The notes: generated by a model from the sequence alone, not told the origin. A stretch of 63,887 nucleotides of DNA, filler included, from Olpidium bornovanus S191 (GCA_017911155.1; 32 parts of 32 records of this genome joined end to end with filler, not necessarily neighbours in it); one strand, 5' to 3'; positions 11,261-23,175 are shown, counted from the whole stretch's first letter. A program made the numbers and translations.

Positions 11261-12251
11261 GGTCAGTAATCGAGGGAACCACAGAACCTAACCCGGCCCG
11301 GAGCCTACGTTTGATGCCGATTCTGAGGGATCTGCGGAATCCCTCAGCTTACGACCGTGCTTAGATGACGACCGCCTTGAAGATCAAACTTGTTGGGTGG
11401 ATTTTTAGATTCCGGATCCATACCCGAGGCAGTGGTTGGCGAACTGAACAAGGATTAATTCACAAGTTCCCACGGCGCTTCCGGTTTACAGCTCTCCAAT
11501 TCACTCCGACTGCTATAAACAATCTTAAGTTCCCGTTCAGCCTGAAAGCTCGTCCACCTAATGTTTTTCTGTGACCCTTTTTTTTAAGTTAAGTGCTAGG
11601 TGCAAAATGGATTCTCAAGGATCTGCCACTGTGGGCTCTATCCGGTGAGGCGGCTCTGAGTGCGAGGTGGGAGGTGCGAAGTGCGACGGCCGCACCGGGT
11701 GTCGGGTTCGGGCGGTGTGGGTGTTCAGGAAACGCAGGAGAAATGGCAGGGCCTCGGGGTGAGAGGCAGAAGCAACTAGAAGGCGCGCGGAAGGGCACGC
11801 GAAAGGCCTTTTCTGATCGGTGCTGGTCCTTGGGCTCATTAACATAGCGGTTTCTCTCCCGCTTCCGAATTTGTATTGTTCTTTTATTTGGTTTGTGTAT
11901 GGTGCGGACCGCAAAAAAGCCGACTACGTACACTCCCAAGTGGGGTGGCTCGGGGCTTCACGCGCAACCGCTTGCTCTTTGCAAATGGAACAGAAATCGG
12001 AAATGTCTCCCCACCCCGTCCGCATCCGAAGGCGAAAACAGTGCAACCTTTCCCTTCCCCTCCCCCCCTCCCCCACTCCTCGGTCGGAACGCCATCTTAA
12101 ATTGTCGCGAATTTCCCGTATTTTCCCTGTGTTTCTGGGGGATGCGGGGGCGCGGGGAGGGAGGACCCTGGCACAAATACCACGGCGGACAAACGAGAGA
12201 GGGAGAGCGAAAGAGAGACAGAAAGAGGCCCCTTTCATAACTTATTTAAGC

Positions 12252-12618
12252 TTATTTAGACGCCATCATCCTGGGGAGGGGGGGTGTCGGTCAAGCAGAG
12301 AAGAGGTAAGCTACGGAATTCCCAAGTAATCCGAGGTACTGGCCATAATTGACGACACTTAGGACGCTTACTTCAAGAATTCCTCGTAGTTGATTTGACC
12401 GTCACCGTCAACATCCGCCTCCCGGATCATTTCGTCAACCTAAACGGGAGGGTTCGGGTCGGCGCGGAGAAGGCCACGTTCGCGTTTCGCGACACAGGCA
12501 CATTCTGTGAACTTTCTCGCTGTGAACGTCACCGGTCCCTTTTGGACATTAACCGGATAATCCCTTCATTTCCCCTTTCCCACTCCCTCCCCCCCTTTTC
12601 CCCCATCCCTCCTATCTG

Positions 12619-12661
<43 letters not shown>

Positions 12662-13048
12662 TCTCTCTCTCTCTCTCTCTCTCTCCCCCTCTCTCCCTCG
12701 GTCTCCATCTCTCTCTCCCTCTCTCTCTCTCTCCTCACCTCCCCCGCCCCCAACCGGCTTATAGTCAGCCATGCGCTCACCTCTTCGTCGGTCAGCTTCT
12801 CGCCAAGATTGGTCATGACGTGACGAAGCTCGGCCGCAGAGATAAATCCGTTCCCGTCCTTGTCAAACACCTTAAAGGCCTCTCTTATATCATCCTCGTT
12901 GTTGGTGTCCTTCATCTTGCGGGCCATCATCATGAGGAATTCGGGGAAATCGATGGTGCCGTTGCCGTCGGTGTCGACCTCGTTGATCATATCCTGCAGC
13001 TCCGCCTCTGTCGGATTCTGGCCCAGAGACCGCATGACGGTGCCGAGC
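12252..13048 (-). CDS. CMD1: Calmodulin (5'-truncated; exons 13048-12781, 12439-12372, 12270-12252)
   Basis: [89 protein letters not shown]|[23 protein letters not shown]|MMASK*; GT-AG introns are in phase. Confidence 0.95.
12620..12735. repeat. (CT)n microsatellite inside a calmodulin intron
   Basis: Long interrupted ctctct run. A similar (CT)n run lies at about 28850-28893. Confidence 0.9.
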
Positions 13049-13148
13049 NNNNNNNNNNNNNNNNNNNNNNNNNNNNNNNNNNNNNNNNNNNNTTAATTAA
13101 TTAANNNNNNNNNNNNNNNNNNNNNNNNNNNNNNNNNNNNNNNNNNNN

Positions 13149-14201
13149 AATTTCCAGGCCGCCCTGAATGCACGGGCGGTGCAGCTTATCGGTGGCCGGG
13201 TCTGCAGACCGGACGGGTCAGTACTTCCATCGAGGTTTGGAAGGAAGGGCATCCGACAGGTCGTGCATGAGGAGCGTGACCGCGTCGACGCCTGGAATCA
13301 GCAGTCGGCGTCGGGACCTCCAGGCGCAGCTGGTGGAGTGGCCCGCGGTTTTTCGGTAAGGGCCCAGCAAGCCCCGGGTGAGTCAAGGTCGTTTCTTTTA
13401 CCTTCGGGCGGTGCTTTGGAGGGTTGCGAGGAGTGGAAATGTCATCGCCAAGACTCTCGGGAAGCCCCTCTTGCCCGCGACGCGCGGCAGGTGAGCTTCT
13501 ATGACCCCAGCGAATGGGGCGCGGGTTACGGCCGCCAGCCGGTGTGCTCGGCAGGCTGTCAAGTCTCCTGTCACCATGTGGACGCCCAGGTCTACGAAAA
13601 AAGGGCGCTGGAAGATGCCGTGGGCGGACAGGGCAAGCGCCCGCAGGCTGAAGTCGTGATCGGGCCGCACCTCCGGGGGGCGGCGTCGCTGCCGTCGATG
13701 CCAGCATTGACACAAGAACGCCATAGTTTTGTCAATAGGGACGTCCCCCGTCGACAGCCCGGGACCTTAGGACCAAAAACTCCAGGCGATCCAACGGAAA
13801 GGAAGCGGGCAGCCCGCGGGCAGATGTGGAGCGCCGTCCAGGAGGGGTTCAACGTCGGGACGTTCGTGGAAGAGCAGTTTCTTAACCAGGAGGTCACCAT
13901 GACGTGGTCAGAATTCTTGGCGGCGTGCGCGGAAGGAGCGGGTGGAGTGCCTAGCCGGATGATGGGTGTTGTTCGCCGAAAGCGAGTTCCCTTTGAGGGA
14001 CCGGTTGCTCGCTTGACTGCCACGAGCTGGGCCGATGGGGGGCCGTGGCAGGAGGCCTGGGTCGGTTCAGAGAGTGAGGACTGTGACAGGGAAGAGCGGC
14101 CTTCTCCTTCAATGATGGCGTCGACGGCGACGGTGGACGGAGGTTTTGGTTTTTGCGCCGTGGGGCGATTTTATTCAGAGAGAGAATTTTACGCGTTATA
14201 A
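13149..14201 (+). mobile_element. Fungal gypsy-type gag-associated ORF (DUF4100-like), partial
   Basis: GRVCRPDGSVLPSRFGRKGIRQVV resembles the DUF4100 G.I...DG..LP..FGRGGI motif. FVEEQFLNQEVTMTWSEFLAAC resembles the conserved LL...V.LT..ELLA gag-protease linker. The ORF is intronless. Confidence 0.55.
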
Positions 14202-14559
14202 GGAAGGGTACACGCTAAACATTGAGGGGTTCTAACTAGAATCAAAAAAAAACGAGAGAACGCAATTTCAACACTCCTCCTCATCGGCGAACTAAGTTAT
14301 AGAATAAGTCGCCGATGCAAACAAGACAAAAAATGTGTAATAATGCAGGAATCAAGAATCAAGTCNNNNNNNNNNNNNNNNNNNNNNNNNNNNNNNNNNN
14401 NNNNNNNNNTTAATTAATTAANNNNNNNNNNNNNNNNNNNNNNNNNNNNNNNNNNNNNNNNNNNNACATCTTTGACAGTGCCCGTTTCGTACGCCTCCAC
14501 TGCCACGGACTGAACGGACTGAGCAACGAGGTTGTGTCGCCGTTTCCCTTTCGTCCGGA

Positions 14560-14900
14560 ATGTCAAATCTTAGCCAGCCCTGCATGCACAGACTGTTGCT
14601 CAGGGAGCACCACGTGGAGGTGTTTGCCAAGCTCCCTTTTTTTTCCCGGGGAAAAGAACTTGTCCAAAGGACAAGAAAAAAGCCCAAACGCTTGTTCCGG
14701 GTTCGAATAGGAAGGGGCGGGATGTTGAGTTTTGTTAGGCAGGTGACTTACTGACATGGTAGTAGCAGTGGCTGACTTCCGGTAGTGGACCCCTCGTGTG
14801 GAAATCAAACGCATGGTGTCCATGGGACAATCCTGGTGTCATCAAAACGTAGTTACGAGAACACCCGCAGCAAAGAGCTGGCTGGCGGTGATCAATGTGC
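14560..14900 (-). repeat. Copy A of a diverged dispersed sequence family (copy B at about 28420-28740, + strand)
   Basis: The reverse complement aaagggagcttggcaaacacctccacgtggtgctccctgagcaa aligns to 28661-28706 aaagggaagtttgtcaaacacctccacgtggtgcttcctgggcaa. Upstream peptides ALCCGCSRNYV and ALPSGSSRNCV are collinear. Confidence 0.7.
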
Positions 14901-15767
14901 GAAGATTTCACCGGACCGCGTGCGAACTCCGGCCGCATGCGGCAACGAGCTTGGGTCCGAAAAAAAACACGTTCGCCGTTTCTCACAGTCAACCGCGCAA
15001 ACTGGACGAGCGCGTTCTTCGCCCAGGCCTGTAGAGCACTTCGGCGCGCACACGGTTCGCCGAGCAAGATTTTGTGAGCACTCCGGACGAAGAGCGAAGT
15101 TGACCTCACTGCGCACAGCGCGCTGCCACACACCCACCTTTAGAATAAAACACTGGTTTGGGGCCAAAGTAAACTTCCGTCGCAGGCGTGCACAGATCAT
15201 GGAGTGAGTCGCGACTTGCGCGCGCGGAGCGGGCTGGGATTGAATGCTAGGCGGGAGTTTGGGGGGTTTTTCTTCGCTTTTAGTGGATGCCAGGCGACAG
15301 CCCCCGCGGCTTATTCATCCGCGTCCCGCTTCCAACGGGCAAACTGTGTAACAACAAAACGCGCGCCATGGCGAGGAACGCTGTGCGTTGGGCGACGGCT
15401 CGCCCCGCAGTACCGCCTGGAAAGATGTCCGTCTGGAAAACATTAGATACAATACAATCCAATACGCATTCCGCACCCTTTCCCGCTGCCTTTACGCACC
15501 TCTCGGCAATAATCGTAGACGCCCTTCTAAGCACATTCAGCATAACCATGACTACTCTACAATTTCAGTACATTGCCTCTGCCGCGAAAGCATTAGTAGT
15601 TGCAAAAACAGCGGCGCAAGCGCGCCTTCCTTCGAGCTGCCACCTTCCGTTGCATTTTCCCCCTCATNNNNNNNNNNNNNNNNNNNNNNNNNNNNNNNNN
15701 NNNNNNNNNNNTTAATTAATTAANNNNNNNNNNNNNNNNNNNNNNNNNNNNNNNNNNNNNNNNNNNN

Positions 15768-16595
15768 CATGATTCTGTGTTATTCGCAGCGTCAGCAATA
15801 TACGAAAGTGCGAATGCGGACAGCGTGCGCAAGCGCGGACATGCGAGCAAACCTCCGAGGTACGATGCGTTCTTCGAAACGTCTGCGATCAGGTCGCATA
15901 GCTTGTGGCGCGTGCTCTTGTCCTGCTCGGCTAACAAAGCAACAAAAAGCTCATTTTTGACGACGTGCCGCGTTTGGGGGCTTGTCGATTCCCAAAGCGT
16001 AATCTGATCTTCCTTCTTGTCAGACGCAACAACGGCTTTGAAGGCCAATCGCCGAGCCAACACAGGCGCAAATTGCCGGAGCTGTTGTGAAACGACCAGA
16101 AAACGCCATATTCAGATGCCGGACAAAGATTGAATGTCCCGCGGTCACGCCGCCTCGGAAGCCGGACGACCGTTGACCTGAGGCCATTCGGACGCGGGTA
16201 AACCGTCCGCGTGTTCGTCGCATTGGGCGCAAGGTGAAGGCCGACTTGCGCCGACCGCTCGGTCCAACTTCTACGGAAGGCCCACCCGCCCTGACACTTC
16301 GCCCGTGCCCAGCGCCGCCGTCGCGACTCACCGCCGCGTCTTCCGAACGTTTGCAGATGAGGACGAGGCCCAGGAGCAGCTCGTCCGGCCGCCCTGCAAC
16401 CCAAGCGGTGTTGAGCTCGTGCTCCGCGTGGGACCTCGCGAGGTTGTCGTTAACCCCGAGGGCAGTGAGCACGGCGGTGAGCTGTGCGACGGATTCCGAA
16501 GAAAGCTCAGCCGCCGCGGAATTTCGGCCAGCCTGCTGCTGTTGCTGCTGCTGGCCCTGGACAGGCGAAGCGGGGTGCGGCGGCGTGGCGGTCAT
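15768..16595 (-). CDS. PSE1: Importin beta-3 / importin-5 (Pse1/Kap121) N-terminus, 3'-truncated
   Basis: Exon 16595-16332 VAQLTAVLTALGVNDNLARSHAEHELNTAWVAGRPDELLLGL..SEDAA| joins exon 16081 onward LRQFAPVLARRLAFK..ITLWES..VKNELFVALLAEQDKSTRHKLCDLIADVSK, the HEAT-repeat start of Pse1/IPO5. Confidence 0.82.
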
Positions 16596-17865
16596 GTCGC
16601 GGCCTATGGGTTGTTTTGGGATGCGGGCGACCGGCAGACCAGCCGAAGAAGCAGGCGGGCTCAGGGCCGACGTGCTTTGCTGCTGCACACTGCAGCTGGC
16701 AGGGGAACGAACCCATTGGGAGGGGCACCGGGGGCAGAGGGGACGAACGGGGGAAGAAAGGCCCAGGCCGACCGGCCCGACGACCGACCCGTTAAAGCAA
16801 TTGAATTTGCCAAGCAAATGACCATGAAGTGCGGACATTCGGAGATGCAGTCCTGCCCATTGGGCACATTCCATAGCATCGCTGGCGTCGGGGCTGCGCA
16901 TTGGTGCTGATGCACTACACTACATTCAGAGATGCAGTCCCGCAGTTGAGGGCAAGTGACAGACGGCGCTAGGTGCAAGTACTGCCAATTGAGACTGACT
17001 CCAGACAGGCGCCCCACGAGTGCATGAAAATGGGATCTAATACAAAGCATGCGGCCGGATGTGCGTTGCAGCCAATGGAGGGTGGCGTCAACTTATTCAA
17101 CGGTGTAGTCATGAAAGTGCTGTGCAGATAACCCAGTGTTTGGCAACTGTTCTTCGGGAAGCAGAGGAGATTTCGCCGAATGATCCAGGCGGCTGCAAAT
17201 GGGGGCCGAAGCCTAAACCGAGGTCCAGTCNNNNNNNNNNNNNNNNNNNNNNNNNNNNNNNNNNNNNNNNNNNNTTAATTAATTAANNNNNNNNNNNNNN
17301 NNNNNNNNNNNNNNNNNNNNNNNNNNNNNNCGACGTCCGCTTGCAGCGGCGGCGTTCCGCGGCATCTCTCTCTCTCTCGCTCTCTCTATACGTCGAACTT
17401 TTTTTTTCCTAGTTCGAACAGTCCCTCCCCCTCTTTCCTCGGCTCGACCGCCTTCGTCTGCTTGCGGCGATTAGCGCCAGCCCAGCGACGACGCCACCCC
17501 GTAGATCCGCCTTCCACCGTCCCCCGCTCGTTGTTACAACGCGCATGTTTCGATTTTTCTGTTCGTCTTATTCGCGCTTCCGACCTCGCCGTCTGCTCCG
17601 TAACCACCCCGCAACCAGGTCACCCTCCCCGGCTAACGAGCGCCGGGGCAGGCGGGGATCCAGCGGATCCCGGGAGGGCGACCGCCAGGGACCCGCGGCC
17701 GGCAAGACCGACGGGAAAGGTACGCGGGAAGGCTCCGACGCGTTTCGCGTTTCGGAAAAATCGGGAGCCGCTCGTTTCCTTTTCTTTCAGAGGCAAAAAA
17801 AGCGGCGGTCGTTTTAACGTTTCGCCGCGGGGCGGGGGTGGGGGAAAAAAAAAAAATCAAAAGGT

Positions 17866-18405
17866 ACGCGAGATAGCGGTCCCGCGCGCGGCTCGCAGCC
17901 CGCGGACCTCGGCGTCCAGCCGAGAGAGCGGAAGGACGCGAAGGACCCTGCCGGGGCAGCGGAAGACGAGGACGCGGGCGACAAGACGGATTCTCCGGCC
18001 GGCGACGCCGGCCCGCCCGGCGCCGCGGAAATCGGAAATGGCGGCGGCCGCGGGGCCGGCGGGGGCGGCGCCGCCGCCGCGGCCGTCCCCGCCGCCGGTC
18101 CGGCGTACTATGCCAACGGGATGGTCCTCGGCGCGAACACGCTCGGCATGACGGGCATGAGCGACGCCGCCTTCCTCCAGCAGCAGTACGCCAGCGGCGC
18201 GGGCGGCATGATGGGCGTGATGAACCCGCTCGCGGCGGCGGCGGCGGCGGCTGCGGCGGCGGCCTACGGCGGCGGGATGGGCCTCGGCATGATGAATCCG
18301 CTCTCCGCCGCTGCCGCCATGGGCATGGGCATGATGCCCGGGATGGGCATGATGGGCGGCATGATGGGATACGGCGGGGGCACGGCCGAGGCAGAGTACT
18401 ACGAG
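17866..18405 (+). CDS. Low-complexity Ala/Gly/Met-rich exon of a hypothetical protein
   Basis: Open frame YYANGMVLGANTLGMTGMSDAAFLQQQYASGAGGMMGVMNPLAAAAA..AEAEYYE ends at a gtgagg donor. GC3-rich codons. Confidence 0.45.
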
Positions 18406-20418
18406 GTGAGGCTCCTCGGTATTTCCGCTCGGGACCCTCCTAGGGTCGCGCGCTCCGCATGGAGATAAGCCAGGACAACATCCCGTTGACGTATGCTCCA
18501 TCCGTTTCTTGTAGCGACGGCGATTATGACTCTCAATGCCGTTGCCGACACCACGGGTGGGAAGGCGTCTTGGTAANNNNNNNNNNNNNNNNNNNNNNNN
18601 NNNNNNNNNNNNNNNNNNNNTTAATTAATTAANNNNNNNNNNNNNNNNNNNNNNNNNNNNNNNNNNNNNNNNNNNNCCCCCTCGAAGCCCGCCAATTGAA
18701 GAGCGCTTTCCCCCCTTCCCCCCCTCGAAGCCCGTTAATCGAAGAGCTTTCCCCCTTGCCCCCCTTCCCCCCCCCCCCCCCCCCCCCGGGGCACCCCCCC
18801 CCCCCCCCCCCCCCCCCATTCACCACCACGCCGAGATCGCAAAAGGACGGCGTCCCGAGGAAAATAAAAGAAACGACTTCCGCGCTTGTGGTATACGCGG
18901 CGCCGTCCTTTTCGAGGCCTCCGCTGCGCCTGCTCTCACGCTCTTACGCCTCTCGTCTCGCACCGCTCCGACGCCTTTTTTTTCGAGATCGTGATCGCGG
19001 CGGGACGGCGGCCACTGGTTGCACACAACCCGCGAAAAGCTTTTGGTCCGGGTAACCCCACGCGGCCCCTTCCCCCGCCGCGCCCGCAGCCGGGGGAAAA
19101 AATAGCGTTGTGCAAGTTTTCCGTCGAAAGCGGCAGAGCCGGAAGGAACGCGGCAAGACGGCGCGGCGTTTCGCTGTTTCTGCGCCTGAACGGCGGACGG
19201 GACGGGTCCAGCCGCGGGGCGGCAACACGAAGGCTAACCCGCGTTCGGAAGGTCAAACCGCCGCTGCGCCCGAAAGCGGGAAAAAAAAAACAAACAAAAC
19301 CCTGCCGATTTTTCAGGCTTTTTCCGGCCGCGCCGGAAACACGGATCGCAAAAGGCTATACGCCCTCTGTCACAAAAAAAAGAAAAAAGAATATTCTACG
19401 GCAATCTCTGAGCAAACGATGGCGGCGTAATATCCGATCGTGATCTCCGGCGTCTGTTATTTTTGGGAGATGTAGCCGCCTGGATTACCTTTTGTTTTTT
19501 TTTTTCCAAGTTTCTCAAGGACGCCGGTGTAACCGTTTTTTTTTTTGGCCGCCGCCGGCGCACGTTTCTTTCTATTGGGGTCGCGTGTGGTTTTTTTTTT
19601 AGCGGCCCGCCAATGTATTGCGCGCCGCACATCTTGCGCCAAAAAGATACATTTATTTCTTTTTTTTTACCATGCTCCAGAACGGCTTCAGGTAAAGAAT
19701 TTTATCGCTCACATAAGGCCGATAGCATCGGCAATGTATATCCTGGAATACCAAATTTTCTGGCGTGTCGAATAGCTTGTCCCTGGCCGCAACAGGCTAG
19801 GTTACCCATAAGTAAAACTTGCTAAACTAGTTGAACGAATGCTTCCATAACGTCGCAATGCGTCCTGAAAGTGGCTATCTTGACCTCGTCACGATTCGAA
19901 AAGCGTGCGTTTTTCTTTAACAATAACAACCAAAAACTTTAAAAACGCAGTTTGCGAGTCGCATAGGAAGCTAAGGGAAGGAGTCATCCAAGAGGAAAAA
20001 TAAAATTCTTCGGCTTACCACTTTATTCATTTATTGGTTCTAGATGATCAGGTCCAGACCCTTTCTTGCGTCCGCCGTCGTACACTTATTCTTGTCTTAT
20101 TTGTTTTCCTTTTATTTCCGGCCGACGGCGTGGTCTCTGTCATCTGCGGCCGCCCACGTACTTTTTATTCGGGCGGGCGCCGGCGTACCTTCTTGTGTGT
20201 TTGTTATTTTCTTTTTGACGACGGAGAGAGCCAACACACCACGGAAGTCGTTGCAACTGCCGCTGCTCGGCCAGAGCNNNNNNNNNNNNNNNNNNNNNNN
20301 NNNNNNNNNNNNNNNNNNNNNTTAATTAATTAANNNNNNNNNNNNNNNNNNNNNNNNNNNNNNNNNNNNNNNNNNNNCCGGGGGGGAAAAGGGGGGGGGG
20401 GGGGGGGGGGGGGCGCCC

Positions 20419-20449
<31 letters not shown>

Positions 20450-20544
20450 ATCCATCTATTGGCGAGCGCCAGCGGCGCGCGATAAACAGCGGCCGACCTC
20501 AGGCCGTTTTCGCTGACTGCTTTCGACTGGACGCGGGGGGGTGG

Positions 20545-21919
20545 TTGGGTTCAGGAAAAGACTTTGATTTCTCCGGCAGCACCGCGAAGATGGCGCCCAC
20601 GATCGACCGCGAGCTGAGAGAGATCGCGGCCAAGCCCGGCGGAGAGCCGGAACGGCCTCGCGGTTCGCCGTCGAATCAAGAGCAACGGCCGGACCAGCAA
20701 TACCAGCAGCGGCAAGTTCCGCTGCAGCAGGCGCCGCAATTCGGGTACGCGGCGGCGTCCTCCCGCGCGCCGCCGCAGCCGCCGCAGCCGCGGCGGGATG
20801 CGGAACCCGTCGGCGCACCGCGCGTGAATTTCGCTTCCATATGGTGCGACACCGACGAGGTGGGATTTGGCGGTTCTTCGACGGAGGAGGGGACCGCCGC
20901 CAGGTTGCGCCGGACCGCAGTTCGGCTGACGTTTGCTTTCGTCTCCAGAATTCCACGTGGGGCGCATTTTCCCAGACAGCCGCAGGTATGCCCCGTTGAA
21001 AGCGTGTTCGCACCGTGACCGGGGAGCGGCTTGCCAACCCGGGGGGCGGGGCGGGGGCATCCTCGCTCGCCTGTTTCTTTTTTTTTTATCCGGTCAGATG
21101 TGAAGCAGCCGGTATCCCCCTCCAGCTCCTTTGCGCCGTCGGCCGAATCCTCTCGGATGCTGCGCGAGGCGCCGTTCGCCGTGCCGCCATTACGTCTGAT
21201 GCAGGCGCAGCAGGTTTCCCCGCCGGGAACGGCATTCCCGAGGAGGCCGTTGACGCTGGAGGAGGTCGAAGCGGAAGTGCTCCTAAAAGCGAGCGCAACC
21301 GCGACCCAGGCGCAGATGCAGCAGCAGCTGCGGCATCAGCAACAGCACCAGCAGCATCAACAGCAGGGAGTGAAGATGCTGAGTTTGGAAGAAGTCGAGG
21401 GTTCCTTCAGGGAGAACAAGGCGATTGCGACTGCGCTGGCCGAGGCTCAGGAGGCGGAGATGGAACACAGGAGGCACATGGACGCCGAAAGAAATAGGAG
21501 AAGAGACGAAAGGATGAGAGCCATGGCCGAGGCGGTTAGTTGCTTGACGGAAGGAAGATCATTTTTGTCGGCGGCTGGATGCGCCGAGCTTGACATGTAG
21601 CGACGTTCCCGAATCAGCCGAGATATGACGGCTTGATGTCCAAGTACGACAAGGACCTCATCGCCCGAATTCAGATTTCGAAGTTGGTGTCCGACGATCC
21701 GTACCGGGACGATTTTTACTACCAGGTGTATACGGCCATCCGGTCTCGGCATGGCCTGCCGCCGACGGGCGGTCCGCCGCTGAACGCCATGGGCAGGGTT
21801 GATTCGAGGGCTCACGGGGGCTATGGCAGGGGAGCCCAGGGGGGCATGTTGAGGATGCAGCAGCAGGTGCAGCGAATCATCAGCATCAACCAGAGGAGAA
21901 AGCCCAAGGCCGTGGAAAG
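20545..21919 (+). CDS. PAT1: mRNA decapping activator Pat1 (topoisomerase II-associated protein), partial
   Basis: N-terminal KDFDFSGSTAKMAPTI; LTLEEVEAE repeats; RYDGLMSKYDKDLIARIQISKLVSDDPYRDDFYYQVYTAIRSR is the diagnostic fungal Pat1 motif (GLM...DK.FI.RIQ..QLV...DPY.EDFYYQV). Confidence 0.9.
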
Positions 21920-22063
21920 TGAGTGGCGAGGATGGCGAATGCGGCGCAGATAAATAATCCGCGNNNNNNNNNNNNNNNNNNNNNNNNNNNNNNNNNNNNN
22001 NNNNNNNTTAATTAATTAANNNNNNNNNNNNNNNNNNNNNNNNNNNNNNNNNNNNNNNNNNNN

Positions 22064-23175
22064 CATGAACTCGGGGCGGGCACGATGGTGTCGTGCTCCT
22101 TGGTGAAGACGGTTGGCGAAGGCGTCGTGCGCCTTGCCGGACAATCGCCTTCGCACAATCGCGACGGACGCCGGTGCGCTCGTCGAGGGTTGGCCGCCAA
22201 TGCCGTTTTTTTTTTCCCGTGCGCCGTTTTTTTTTTTTTTTTTTTGTCCTCTGCCGTCTGCGTCTCCTCCCAGTTTAACCCGGCTCCGGCTCCGGCTCCG
22301 ATTGCAGCTCCGGCTGACGCCTTTGCGGCTGCGCGCGATCTGCCGCCGCACGGTCGTCAGCCGCGCGAGCGCGTCGTAGTAGACGTCGGCCGTGACGCGC
22401 CGCGTCGGTTGACGTCGAAGCACGTTTGCCGGCTCGCGCGCGCCGGGGTCGACGGCGCAGGTGTTTCGCGCGGCCGCAAACACCTCGCCGGTGCGGAGGA
22501 TCCACCGGCGGCGCCCGCAGCGAACGCGGCCTGGTGTCGCCGAGGATCTCGGGGAGGCCACTTCGAACCGAAACGGGCGCCCCGCGCTGCCGCACGTTGG
22601 TGGTCAAACTGATGCTCCCACGTGCGGAGCGTCGAGTCGTGCCGCAGGCTGAACGGGGAGCGCCGCGCCTTTTCATTTTGCAGACCGGAAGGTGGCGCGT
22701 TCACGGCGTGGTTTTGGACCTGGTCCCGCGGAACCGCAGCAGCGGGTCCCTGGTGTAGACGCCGCAGGGCAGGTCGCCTTCGGGGCCGGAAAAATATGCA
22801 CTTGTGTGCTCAGTTACACCGCGCCCGTTTCGAATGTCGCCGGCCGCGTCCCCCAATCGCGAGCGTTCGGGGTACGGAACCGTCGGCGCGGTGTCCCGAC
22901 CCTTGAGCTCGAACCCTCGGCTGTTGCCGCGCTCGCAGTTCGTCTGGGCCGATGTGCAGTTGCCGACACTCACCTTGACGCTTGCCTGCTGCCCTTCGGT
23001 CGGCATCTCGGCGTATCTCCGCCGCTTATTCCGGGAGGCCGCTGAGCGAGTGCAGCGTGCCGTGTCGACGCACGTCTTTTCGGGACGCTTGACAAGCAAA
23101 CGAACTTGTCGCGCGGGTACCCTGAACGGCACCTTGCGCCCGTTGTCCTCATTCGCCAACGCCGTCCTTGACATG
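22064..23175 (-). pseudogene. Degenerate Fanzor2/TnpB-like (IS607-type) RuvC nuclease, frameshifted and truncated at both contig ends
   Basis: Collinear motifs across frames: RDKFV; YAEMPTEGQQASVKVSVGNCTSAQTNCERGNSRGFELKGRD (cf. ETP...R..A.......A.SNL..GN...F.LKFRS); LRHDSTL; RuvC-I CAVDPGARE (Asp codon 22448-22450); helix ALARLTTVRRQIARSRK..RRRLSGKAHDAFANR; then TKEHDTIV.PEFM (cf. H...AN.L...YD.I.LP.F). Confidence 0.62.

Noticed and set aside
19440-19910. Minus-strand exon-like peptides (DKLFDTPENLVFQDIHCRCYRPYVSDKILYLKPFWSM) and the isolated exon WRSGAKFNDFEDLPPNE at about 27590-27650
   Set aside because: Probably real exons, but too short and unrecognised to support a gene call or boundaries.
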